Part shown: positions 52,470 to 64,000 of the stretch, piece by piece
Position numbering within the stretch: position 1 is the stretch's first letter
Layout: each line of letters opens with the position of its first letter
Assembly (NCBI GenBank): GCA_030704615.1
Contig: CM060731.1
Span: 24,180,001-24,244,000 of the forward strand
DNA from: Takakia lepidozioides
Lineage: Eukaryota; Plantae; Bryophyta
Reading direction: 5' to 3'
Length of the DNA stretch: 64,000 nt
Made by a program: the position numbers and the translations under genes
The notes under the pieces: generated by a model
What the model saw: the letters and a program-made list of their open reading frames with translations, nothing else
The model's database searches: none
Told to the model about the DNA's origin: nothing

Positions 52470-55104
52470 CTAGAGCATGGAACGCGATGATCGCAGGATG
52501 TGCAGGGGCGTGGGATGGAGGCTTTGCAGACCTATTCTTGAGCAAATGATGCAAGAAGGGGCGAGGATAGGCACAGCGAGGCACTACAACACACTATGGT
52601 TTTCAGCACCGTCGGTATTTCACTATGAATTTCACTGTTTGCCACATTTCACTATTTCTAGCACCACGTAGTGAAATGTGTTGATATTAATAAAACAATT
52701 CACTACAACTATCAAAAGTTTCATTACAGAGTCCTTTATTCTACCACCCCTAAGTCAAACATTGACAGCTGTAATTCTGAAAATATAATTGATAATATAT
52801 ATTTCAATTTCAATAACTCAAAGTGAAAGTTTCTACTATAACTTTACTAAAGTGTTCAAACCAGCCCAATGGTAATATATTTTACTACCACTATCAAATG
52901 TTTGTCTACATGGTGTTTTGGTTTCCTAGACAAGCCTGGTAGGAGGATTTTAGCCTCTTACCTAGAATGAATCAAAGTGCAAAAGGTTAAAAAGTCAAAA
53001 AATTGCTAATAAGGTTGCCCATTAGGGTAATCGTGAACACAGAGGAGGGCTGGGACTTGGCGTTTTTTTGTCTCCTTCGCCACACCATGTAGCCGAGGGA
53101 TGGAATGCGATGATAGAGGATATGCAGGGGCGTGGGATGGAGGCGTTGAGCAAATGATGCGGGAAGGAGAAGAAGAGGAGGAGATGAGACGAGGATAAGC
53201 TCGCCGTTCTTGGGAGAGTCAGCTTGGTCTTAGTAGACCGTGTTTCAATCTCTGCCTACTCAGCTGCACCGTGGTGGTTCGATCTCACAGACCAATCCGA
53301 CATTACCTGACTACAGACACAAGCAGCACACACAAGAGGTCTTTTTGGGTTGATGGTCAGTCAAGTCATGACACAAGCTCAAGGACAATGTGGTGAGGGC
53401 ACCTTCTTCTTTGACCTATTTCAGCCTGTTTTGCCATCTCACATCATGTTTGTGTGCATTGCAATGCTTGTGCAAGCCTGGCAGCCCTTGAGAAGGGCAA
53501 AGAGGTGCATGGGGATATCATCGAAGCTGGAATTGTACCTAATGTTATTCTAAACACTGCCCTGGCAGCTCTGGAAAAGGGGAAGGAGGTCCATGGTGAC
53601 ATCTTTCAGAGCTGGAATTGTACCAAATGTCATTCTAACAATACCCTAGTGGACATGTATGCAAAATGTGGGTGCATCGAGGATGCAAATGGAGTGTTCA
53701 ACACTATGGCTGAACGAGATGTGGTATCGTGGAGTGTGATGCTTGCGGGGTATGCACAACAGGGACGTGGGATGGAGGCTTTGGAGACCTATGAGCAAAT
53801 GATGGGGGAAGGGGTTCAGCCCGACCACATCATGTTTGTGTGCATTGCAGGCCTGGCAGCCTTGATTTAAATCAGGCGCCTCAACCATGACCACAACTTC
53901 TAAAAGAGGATCAAGAGAGGGAGTCCATAATGCCTCTTCTGGCTCTTCTGGGCATGTGAAGATTCTTTGTGAGGCAGGCAGACTGAAAGAGGCTCTACAA
54001 CCTTTAAAGCAAGGAGCATTTCAGCAGATTCAGATATGTATGTCTGTCTCTTGCTTAAGTGCATCAAAATGAAGGGTCTGGAAGCTGGAAAGCAGGTGCA
54101 CACTCACATTATCCAAAGTGGATTCACGCCAAGTGTTTTTCTCCTCAACACCTTGTGAACATGTATGTTAAGTGCAGGAGCATCATGAATGCACACCGAG
54201 TGTTCAACGGAATGCCTCAACGAACTTTGATCATGTTGAATATAATGTTGGCAGGATTTAACATGGGTGTGGTAGGAATGCTTTGGAGACCTACAAAGCA
54301 AATGTTGCGCGAAGGGCCGGTGAAGCCCAACCACATCACCTTTGTTGGTGTTTGCAATGCGTGTGCAAGCCTGGGAGCCCTAGAAAAGGGGAAAGAGGTC
54401 CATGCTGACATCGTCAAAGCTGGAATTGTACCAAATGTCATCCTAAACTGACAGGTTTGCCAAATGTGGGTGCATTCAGGATGCGAAGGGAGTATTTCAC
54501 ACTCTGGCTGAACGAGATGTGGTGTCGTGGAATGCGATGCTTGCAGGGTATGCACATCAGGGGCACGGGATGGAGGCTTTGGAGACCTATGAGCAAATGA
54601 TGTGGGAAGGGTGAAGCCCGACCACATCAGGTTTGTGTGCGTTTGCAGTGCGTGTGCAAGCCTGGCAGCCTTGGAAAAGGGCAAAGAGGTGCATGGTTGC
54701 ATCGCCAAAGCTAGAGTTGTACCAGATGTGATTCCCTGTGGATCAATAGCTACAAGAAAAACTGCATGGGTAGATGGTCAACTAAAGGCTGCAGCTACAG
54801 CGGCATAGTTTATAATACCAGGCACCTCAACCATGACCACAGCTTCTGAAAGAGGATCAAGAGAGGGAGTCCACAATGCCTCTTTTGGCTGCACTTCTAG
54901 GCATGTGAAGATGCTTTGTGGCAGGCAGACTGACAGAGGCTCTATAGACTTTTGACCAATGAGGCATTTTAGCAGATTCAGGTACGTATGTCTGTCTCTT
55001 GCTTAAGTGCATCAAGATTGAAGGTCTGGAAGCTGGAAAGCAGGTGCACACTCACATTATCCAAAGCGGATTCATGCCAAATGTTTTTCTACTCAACACC
55101 CTAA
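52470..55104 (+). pseudogene. Cluster of PLS PPR pseudogene fragments, including two duplicated N-termini (~53873 and ~54819)
   Basis: LCEAGRLKEAL (cf. LCKAGQLKEAL of the intact gene); repeated CNACASLAALEKGKEVHG, DMYAKCG, RDVVSW motifs with frameshifts and stops. Confidence 0.9.
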
Positions 55105-55109
55105 GTGCG

Positions 55110-55288
55110 GGAGCATCATAGATGCTCTAAACTCTCAAATTATTTCTGGCTAACCAAAGCTACCACTGACGCACAAATCCGACAAACACTCAAATTCAGA
55201 TACGCCCAATACATGGGTCACCAGCGCAAACACATCTTTTGGCCGCATATGTTCCCATCTCCATACTGCCCATTATGTTCAACCATTT
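55110..55288 (+). mobile_element. LINE C-terminal zinc-finger region fragment
   Basis: SNYFW...QTLKFRYAQYMG..KHIFWP..YCPLC, resembling the CCHC-preceding region of LINE ORF2. Confidence 0.55.
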
Positions 55289-55644
55289 TGTGAAACCCCC
55301 GTGGACAGCTACAGAAGTATATATAAGGGGAGTAGTGACCCCGAGAACGGTGCAAGCCCGTTTGGTTAAAAACTAGTGAGTAAGTGAGCGAGCCGGAAAG
55401 CGACCCGGAAAGCGACCAAAGAGTGGGGAGCTGTTCCGGACTGCCATCTACCAAAGGGAATTCTCCTAGGCCCAAATAGGTGGAGGGTTTAGTGGGAAGC
55501 GAAGGGGGACCGTTATGTCCCGGTGAGCAGCCGAAGCTCCAAGTTGGCCCGGGCGGCCAGGTTGGGAGTCAGGCGCACGCATCAAAGCGAGTAACTATGA
55601 CTTGAAGGGGAGCTTACCGAAGTGAGGTGCGCGACAATATCACA
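55289..55644. mobile_element. Solo LTR-like sequence
   Basis: TGTGA...TCACA inverted termini and an internal TATATAA box. Flanks (cattt / gctgg) are not a TSD. Confidence 0.6.
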
Positions 55645-55794
55645 GCTGGAACACGCTCTAAACACCAGCCCATCCCTCTCCCACTTTGAACGCCTCCATC
55701 CCCGCCAAAACCGTCCCCTCCTCATCTATTTTAAAGAACGGCATATCACTCATCTCACCCAACTTACCACTACTATTGACACTCAACTTATAAC

Positions 55795-56305
55795 CAGTGT
55801 TTGTACCGGTGTATTGCCTGGTATGTGCACATGTATATGCATTGGTATTAGATACCAGACCAATCTGGTATAATTTGGGAGAATATTTGGTCATATACCA
55901 GGACCATGCTGGTATCAATTTTTTCATACCAGCCACAATACCAGTACTCCCCCAACGTCTTCCTCATTTAGTCTGGTATGTATACTATATTAATTTATGT
56001 GTACATATGCCTACATATTTGTACTTATGTATATTTATTTTCCTTATTATATTGTATTTGTTTTCACTGGATACTTGCTATTTGATGAACTTGTTATTCA
56101 ATGATGGCTTTGGAATGATACCAGAATTGATATCGGATACCAAAATTGATATCTGGTATTGTGGTCAGGATACTCATACTCATACCAGTATCTGGAAAAA
56201 GATACATATATTATTATATAGACCAGATTGGTATGAAAGTTTTGCGATACATCTGGTATCAGGATTAGTCTGGTATGTCCTAAAACTGATACCAGTACAA
56301 CACTG
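55795..56305. mobile_element. hAT-type non-autonomous element with ATACCAG subterminal repeats
   Basis: TIR cagtgtttgtac / gtacaacactg. 8-bp TSD cttataac at 55787-55794 and 56306-56313. Confidence 0.9.
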
Positions 56306-56515
56306 CTTATAACCCCGGGTGAATTCACACTTAAACACTCTCGTGCCATGGCTAAAACTTGCAGGCTTCTCCAACACCTACATACTCTACTATGTCATCC
56401 CTCTACATTCTGTACCCTTGAATGTGATCTTCCCTGCTTACTCTTTCTTCATATCCAACGCGACTTATTGCCCGCCTACAGATGAGCCCCATTTCCCTCT
56501 ATTCTCCATCGCTTA

Positions 56516-57448
56516 CACTACAACAAATGGGGGGGGGGGGTTTGCGTCGCCAGCCGCGCCCCCACGCCCCGCGCGGCGCTGAGCCCGCGACGCCGAGCCC
56601 GCGGCACTTCTTTGCGACGCCGGATCCCCCGCTGCGACACCATTACGACGCCCAACCATCGTAAGGTGGCATGAAGGGGGAAAGAGGACCCTCGCTGCGA
56701 CGGATTTTTTTTCTTGCGACGCCCCGGCGTCGGAAATCCCAAAAAATAAAAATAAAAAATAAAATTGGACGTTACGACGCTTCGGCGTCGCAAAAACGTC
56801 ACCAAGGGTGCCCCAGCGTCTCTGCGACGCCAGGGCGTCGCAACAACATCACCATAGTGGGAGTTTGTTTTTTTTTTTTGGAAACTTTGCGGCCCTCAAC
56901 TTCACAAAAGCGTCGTTGGGGGCGCCCCGCGCTGGGATGCCCAACGTTGCGACGCCAGGGGGTCGCAATGGTGTTGTGGTCAGCTTAGATCATCACAAGG
57001 ACATTGCTTGGGGCGCCTGACGGTGGGAGGGTGCAACAACGACGACGACGCTGGGACTGGGACTGGGGCTGGGTACTAAGGCTGTGGAGGTTGCAACTCC
57101 CCGGCGTCACAAGAGAGACCCCCTTAGAAGGAACTTGAAGGAAATCTCTATATGTATATATATATATATTTAGATTGCTTTTGTGATACATAGATGTAAC
57201 GTAGGTGTGTTGGTTAGTTTGTAGTGTCTTAAAAATGTTATAACGTAGAGGTCTTAGGTTCAAGTATGCATTGCATGATATATGTAGAACAATGAACATA
57301 TCGTTATTAGACAGAACCGGAGTCAATGGTCAACAAGTTTTTGAAATTCAAATTTTCCCGCCTAAATCCAAATGTACCCCCTTAAATTGTGACGTCCGGG
57401 TGTCGCACTTTGCGACCCCCGGACGGTGCTAATTCTGCATTGCAGAAT

Positions 57449-57487
<39 letters not shown>

Positions 57488-57662
57488 CCGACGCCCCGAC
57501 GTCAGAAATCGCGGTTTCGCCTATTTGTGAACCCCATTGGTCGCAAATTTGCGACGTTTTTTTGGCGACGCCCGGACGTCGTAAATTTGGTTCTTCCCCC
57601 CCTGCCCGAAAAAGGCTGTTTTACGACGCCGCAGCGTTGGAAACCCCCCCCCCCCCTTGGTG
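56516..57662. mobile_element. Non-autonomous CACTA element with GCGACGCC repeats
   Basis: Starts cactacaacaaatggggg and ends cccccttggtg (degenerate ttgtagtg). 3-bp TSD tta on both sides. Confidence 0.75.
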
Positions 57663-60600
57663 TTAGGACCTCCCAGACCTCATGTACGCATGGCTGTGCA
57701 CCCCACCCACATCCACTCCCCTACATCCTCTCCCCACTCAGACATGGACTCCATCCACACCCCCCCCGGCTCACCTCCATACGCCCTCCCTTACGCAAAC
57801 TACTTCCACCCCCGCTCCGGCCTCTTCCCCCTCATGCTCATCCGGTACTCTCGCAACTCACCATGCTAACCCAGATAACCCGGACGCATATGTTTTTGAC
57901 GCCATCCTAGGTATTAAAACTCAAACATCTACAGACTCATATGGGGCCACATATGTTGATAAATATTACCTCTGCCAATGGGCTGGCTTCACAGCTGATG
58001 ATAATTCATGGAAAATCGAGGACGACCTCTTTGGCTCACGTGACGACTGTGACCCCGCCCACAATCTCATACTCCTCACCGCATTCCACAAACGCACTAA
58101 CACTAACTACCTTATGCATACCCACCAACAACATATCTCCCAAAACCAACCCAAAGATGTCCGTCACGTACACCAACCGCTTACCGCTCCCAACATACAC
58201 ATACACATCACTGAATGCAACCCGGATAAGGACATCCTGCACACCTCCCCCACAATTTGTCAAGGCCCTCGTATGTCCACCATCTACACCTTCAATGGTC
58301 GTTTCCTCAGCCTCATTTCCAATGACAGACTAGCATGGCTCTGGGCCAAATACTCTACTTCCTCCCCCTGTGACACTCTAATCCACCCACCCCGCCAAGA
58401 CTTTGCTACCAAACTCAGCTGGCTTGCTACCCGCTACCTCCAAGATACCCCTGCCAAAAAACCCCGTTCCCTGACAAAACAGTCACAAGTCTTTGTTCAT
58501 AATACTATCCCCCGGGATATTTTCTCTCTGCTCATAACCACTTTCCAACTTACTCATTCATATTATTCCAGTCCACTTACATGCCTGATGGGTATCACAA
58601 CTTTTATCTGCCCCCACCCTCGAGACTGCATTTTTGGCGCCACCGGACATGCCACCCAGCGCGCATGGGCGGGGAGTGGACTTGCCTACCCCCCCTCAGG
58701 CCCCTCATGCATGAGGCCCTTCAATGGGCCCGTATAGCCGCACAATCCTCCCCATCAAACGTTACGATCTTGTTACAATCCTTCTACTCACTCATCAAAA
58801 GCTACCCAACAGTCCCCACCCCTCCCTACAATTCCCACCCGGCGTAACACTTCTCGCCGCTATCGAACCAAATATCCAAAATGTCATAGTTAACAAGAAG
58901 TAGGTAATTCTAGTTAACCATGACTAAAACCATGACAACTGTCGTGCACCTAAGCATCGTGCAACAACATACATCGCTGTCCATCACACATCCTAAGCAT
59001 ACAATCCTAGAAAGCTATGCCACAATCGCCCCCCTAGTTGGTGATTAGGTCCCTCTAACACCAGATAGCTGACAAGTATCCACCCTAATAAGATCACTGC
59101 TCGGTCTTCAATCGCACAAGTCCCAGTATCTGAAATCAATAGATCAAGAGGCCGGGTACAAAAGTAGCCTCATCGTTACTCGCCTTCCTACAATCCATGG
59201 CTTCAATTGGGTGTCCATGGCATTGAACTCTCGTTAGCTAGACCTTTGGATCACTAGTCAACCTCGCCACTGTCATGCCCAACTACCTTTGTCCAAGGCA
59301 TTGTGGACACAACCATTCTCCACTATGAACCTCCTCAAGTGGCGGTATCAAGCATCCCATGTGCTACCCCCTTGAGCATTTGTTACACACCAACATGGTC
59401 GCGGCACCACCAGCATGCCCATATAGCATGCAATGCAACCCTACAGGTACCATTGCAAGGTTGGGATCTATCCTCCCATCCACATGTGGAAGGTGACATG
59501 GCACACAATTGCGCACATGGTCCTTCCATACCATGCCATCTAGAATCAACATTCCTGAAGGCAACACCTCCCGGACCCTTAGAATCACACGACCTGCTGT
59601 GACATCCAAGGTCGTAGGCGCTGTCTGCTGCAGATACACATAGTTCCCAAGATGGAAATGCCGAACACCTGGCCGATATCCCCCTTCCCGTATAGTGGCG
59701 TACCTCAATGTGTCTCGGTGTTGGGCAATAGCAAGGTTCTCAAAAGCCATAGGCATGACTCTCTTGAACAACTCTGCCCGTTGGGCACATTCTTGTGTCC
59801 ACACATCCGGATCATCAAGGTTGAGGACTACTGTAGTCTCCCTGCGAATAGATGCAGACAAATCTGGCTCTCGGCCAAAGAGAAAGAAATAAGGCGAGAA
59901 CGAGGCAAGTGATGCTTGCTTGCTAAACCTGTAACCCATGGCCAACCAAGGTAGCTGAAGGTCCTAATCTCCCAAGTGTCCATTCTGCAAGCCATACTTG
60001 CGCAAGCCTTGCTTGACTATTTGCACAACCCTCTCGGCCAAGCCATCAGCCTCGGGATGATCCCGAGAAGTAGTGCAGTGATTTATCAAGGCTTGGTCAC
60101 ACAAAGCCTGAAACTCCCCCAAGAACTCTCTCCCCTGGTCTGTGAGTACCTCGGCTGGAGCACCAAATTGGCTAAGCACTCGATCTAAGAATGCATACGC
60201 AGCCCCATCACTTGCCTAGTCAGGCAATGCCACCAGTTCAATCCATTTGGAGAATATTCCACTATCACCAACACATACTTGTTATGGCGAATCGTTAGTG
60301 GTAATGGGGCCTGCAAAGTCAAGACTCCAACGATAGCCCAAACCCATAATGGGTAAATGATGTAATTATGGAGTAGGTGCATTGAAAGAAGCCCGCACTC
60401 TATCATACACCATGCACCTTGTCACTAAGTGTTGCACATCCGTGTGCATGCCCCGCCACCAATACTGTCCTTGCAGCAAACTATGAGTGCGCCGCATCCC
60501 AAAATGTCCCAACTCCTCATGGGCATGGCGTACCAATCACGCTCATTGTGTTGGATGAGGCACAATCCTCACTCGTCCATCATCCCATACTCGGAGTAGG

Positions 60601-62273
60601 TGAGTCCCATCCCACTTGAATCTCTTGGCTCGTTGTAGGATCCGATCTCTCTCCTTAGCAGTCACACTGGCTGCTGTCTTTCTAGTACAAAGGTAGGCCA
60701 ACACTGCTGCATCTTCATGTACATCCTTAGTACCACCAAGCTCCTTACTGATCTTTGGATCGTCATGCACACTATCTCTATGACCAATTGCATGGGATGG
60801 ACCAGCTTGAGCTCCCATTGCTAGAATGCATAAAAAGGCAGATGCGTACTATCCTGGCACCATCTCCTCGTCCGTCTCACCATGCCAACGAGCTCTTGTA
60901 TCATCAAGCTCACTTGTGCATGGATTGCGACTCAATCCATCCGCATCCTGGTTGACTATTCCGGCTCGATGCACCACCTAGAAGTTGTACTCTTGAAGCA
61001 TAAGTGCCCACCGTGCAAGCTTCTATGTAAGCTTGTCTGACTCCATCAACCACTTCAATGGTTGGTGATTCGTGACAAGGGTGAAGAGATTGCCATAGAG
61101 GTAGCATTTAAAATGTGCCACTGCCCATACTGCAGCTAGACACTCCTCTTCATAGGAACTATACTTCGCCTCAACATCATTGTTCGAGCGGCTAGCATAT
61201 GCCACTACAAACTCTCTTCCCTCATCATCCACCTGTGTGAGCACTGCTCCAATCCCCAACATATTCCAATCCGTATGTAGCTAGAAAGACCGCCCCCGAA
61301 TAGGCCGCCTCAGAATAGGCGCAGAAGTCAATCGAGCCTTGAGTTCCTCAAAGGCTTCCTCCTGCTTTTCCTCCCACTGCCACTCCTGACCCACCTTGGT
61401 CAACTTGGTAAGAGCTTTTGCAATGCTGCTAAATCCCTTGACAAACCGTCGATAGTAGTTTGCCAACCCCATGAAAAGCACGAACTCTGCTAACATCGAT
61501 AGGGCGTGGAATGCGTGCAATGGCCTCCATCTACTCCCCGCCTGACAACTCCACCAATCCAGCTTCGATCAACTCCATAGTCCGTGGCTAGATCAAAGAC
61601 CTCTTCATATCACTATACCTGTAGGTTCTTCGAAAAATTGGCGTGTCACTTGCCAAATCAATACGAATCTCCTGGCCCTTCAAACTCCCCAAATCCTTCA
61701 AAACGAAGGCAAAGCAATTTCTATAAGCCCTTAGAACTCGTTGGATCCTCCGCCTCTCTCCTCTGGTGACTGTAGGTCCAACATCTGGTTCCCAGTTGTC
61801 CTCAGTGACTGTAACCTTGGGTACACCAGGCTTGGAAGTAGGAGACGCATCCTTTGGTTGCTAGATAACAACCTTTTGGGTTTTATCTGCCCACCCTGAC
61901 CGTGGCGTAGCCTCCACTTGCTCCGCCTACCTTGAGAACATCCTCTGGGGAAGAAACATTCTCAACCTCTTCAAAAACATTGGTCACCTTGGCCTCCAAC
62001 TGATTCTCAATGTATGGCTCTCCCCACTCCTCATACTGCTGCTTGAGAGATCCAATGACTCTCTCTTTGCGCATCTCATCCCACATCTGCCATAGGTGTT
62101 TGCACCCCATGGTCCTGTGCTCGCCCCCACTCACTGCCTCCACCGTCCCGGTTGGCAGAGATGGTGTAATATCCAATGGAAGTGCAGACGTAGCCACCAA
62201 TGCTTGCAATCTCCGTTGCTCAGCCATGCACAAGCCAATAACCCATGTTGAGATCCATTGCCTGACCCAACAC

Positions 62274-63998
62274 CTAGCGTCGTGATGCCTTTGACAGAGC
62301 TGGCACAGCTGTAGTGCCCATGGCAAACCCCATTGCCCGCTCTCGCTCATCCACACTAGGCTCCACCAATTGTTGTAGCGCATTGTCCCAAATCAACCCT
62401 GGACCATTGTCTCGAAAAGCATGAGACGAGAGAAAACTCATGAGTGTAGGCAAGGCCGCACGTGGTTGCCCCACTCGATTGACCTCCGCCAAAGGTGGAC
62501 GATCATCATGTCGCACTCTCTTTGGTTGCCTCTTTTGGTCCAAAATGCCCTCAACCGTGAGATTGGGTGGCCGTTGAATGGAATCGTATGCTCTCTTGAG
62601 CAGCTCTGGTGGTGCAAGATTGGTCCACCACAATTGAGATCGATGCGCTCGTGATCCCACCGCTGCTGCATCCAATAGCACCGTCGATCCAATCCAAGAC
62701 CGCACCTGATGCACACTGGCCATAACCCTGGCCCGAGAGTCCCTCATAAGATGAACATTCTCCAAGATATCATGCAAGTCATTCCCATGACCTGCGGGAG
62801 AGTGTCCTTGACAAGGCAATCCAGCTATCACCAAGTCAATGGCACCATGCCGGTCCAAATCATCCGCCCCCAATAAGGTAATGTTTGCTGGCAAGGCCTT
62901 TTGATACCCTTGAATTGCTGAGAGAGGGGTAGTTGCAGGATTGGGTGGATCAAAAGCGGCACATGTTGAGTCCATTGGAAGTCCATGGATTTTTTTTTTT
63001 TTGACTCTATTGCTTTCAGTTTATTTAAAAATATATATATAGTAATATACTTATAACATTTTTAGTAAAGAGTCCATCCTCAAAGATTGAAAACATTATT
63101 TACTAGATATTTTAATCTTTAATTTGAAAAAAAACATTTAGACATCAAAATCTAGAGTTTACAACCACTTGTCCATATACCACCTAGCACCTCTAGATTA
63201 TAGGTTTGTATGCATTTTTAGTAAAAGAAGACACCTCAAAAACCCAAAACATAAGATGCTATGGACTAGAGCAAATCAACCTGTTTTTAGGTGCAAAATA
63301 GTCCATAATTCTCAATTCCTAAGATAATTAGTCCACATAAAAGTGGATTTGGGTTGGATTTAAATATGGCACCCCTAGTGTGTTTTCCTTTGTGTCATTG
63401 TATGAGTGTACATGATGTTTTTTCAGTCCATAAGATTTTATGTGTAACATCTGCAGTCCACAATAATCAACTTTAAAAGTCCATGGTTCTTTGGTACATG
63501 ATTGTTTTTGCAATCTAACAATTGGTACACATATCTATTGTAGTTAGAAACCCTACACTATATAAATTTAGATGAAATATTGAGTTGTTGAACAAATATG
63601 GGTAAAACCATGTAGGGAGGTCACTGCAGAAACTGCCATGTTACACAAAAACTGAGACACCCAATCCTGCAAATATCCAGAGGCAACAACTCAGGATATC
63701 GGTGTGTGAGCAAGGCGATGTGATACATAGAAATACGCCGAGCTATCTGATCCTTCTCCATATACAAGTACTTGCGTACTTTAATCCCTGCTTGCAACAC
63801 TCCTGCAAGCCGAGTGCTCATGCCTCCAAACATGTCTAGCAAACAAATCCCTGAGTCAAGTGGTTGCCAGGTAATGGGCATTGTGTCCAAAGGAGCTAAC
63901 TGAGGAAGTCCGGGTGATGTCACTGAACTCCCCTCACTCACCAATGGATAGGCCTCCTGCCATGCTTGGTGCGCACACTCGCTTGCTACTCGATGCAA
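62274..63998 (-). pseudogene. Cytosine-C5 DNA methyltransferase domain within Gypsy pol
   Basis: Motif I LLDMFGG, motif II YLYMEKD, motif IV DLVIAGLPCQGHS, motif VI LENV, motif VIII AHRSQLWWTN, and ERERAMGF (motif IX-like). Confidence 0.85.
62927..63678. mobile_element. AT-rich TIR element inserted in the DNMT domain
   Basis: TIR gggtagttgcaggattgggtg / cacccaatcctgcaaatatcc with 4-bp TSD agag. Removal restores the frame YPELLPL-SAIQG. Confidence 0.85.
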
Positions 63999-64000
63999 AT

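Larger units (their letters stand above)
55645..58881 (+). mobile_element. LINE fragment (copy 3): post-RT region, Pro-rich linker, chromodomain, PCIF1-like domain; carries hAT and CACTA insertions
   Basis: ORF 57682-58737: YVFDAILG...YYLCQWAGFTADDNSWKIEDDL, then FATKLSWLATRY..IPRDIFSLL..FQLTHSYYSSPLTC..D.IFGA.G..W.G.GLAYPP. Confidence 0.8.
58882..64000 (-). mobile_element. Ty3/Gypsy LTR retrotransposon (degenerate): C5 DNA methyltransferase, RT/RNase H, integrase, PHD finger, PPT and 3' LTR
   Basis: FMGLANYYRRFV, AYASR..YSSYE.ECLA..W, HFG.RR, VLTDQGREF..HPEADGLAER, C..C..MLVC.KC...H..C..P..W.C..C. PPT aggggggcgat then TG at 59024; LTR 58882-59024. Confidence 0.92.

Overview
Eukaryotic nuclear DNA from a land plant with organellar RNA editing. 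The PPR motif style and TE families suggest a non-seed plant (hornwort/moss/lycophyte/fern-like; inference). Intact host genes: an intronless PLS-E-DYW PPR editing factor (4952-7267, -), a 7-exon GAT-type GABA/amino-acid transporter (13611-17096, +), a 9-exon MATE transporter (28957-33984, -), and the first codons of an SCP2 gene running off the left edge. The rest is PPR, SCP2 and F-box/LRR pseudogene fragments, a cox1 NUMT and nested transposons (MULE, hAT, CACTA, Copia, Gypsy, RandI/Dualen-like LINE). The most striking signal is that four unrelated TE classes each carry a methyl 'writer' domain. (1) A LINE family encodes RT - chromodomain - PCIF1/CAPAM-like adenine N6-methyltransferase domain - RNase H, with three copies of the MTase-like domain. 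(2) A Gypsy element has a C5 DNA methyltransferase upstream of RT and a PHD finger after integrase. (3) A SET-domain ORF lies directly upstream of a CACTA transposase. (4) An N4/N6 DNA-methylase-like fragment sits in a SWIM-bearing element. All TE copies here are degenerate. Domain calls are from motif recognition by eye; no searches were run.
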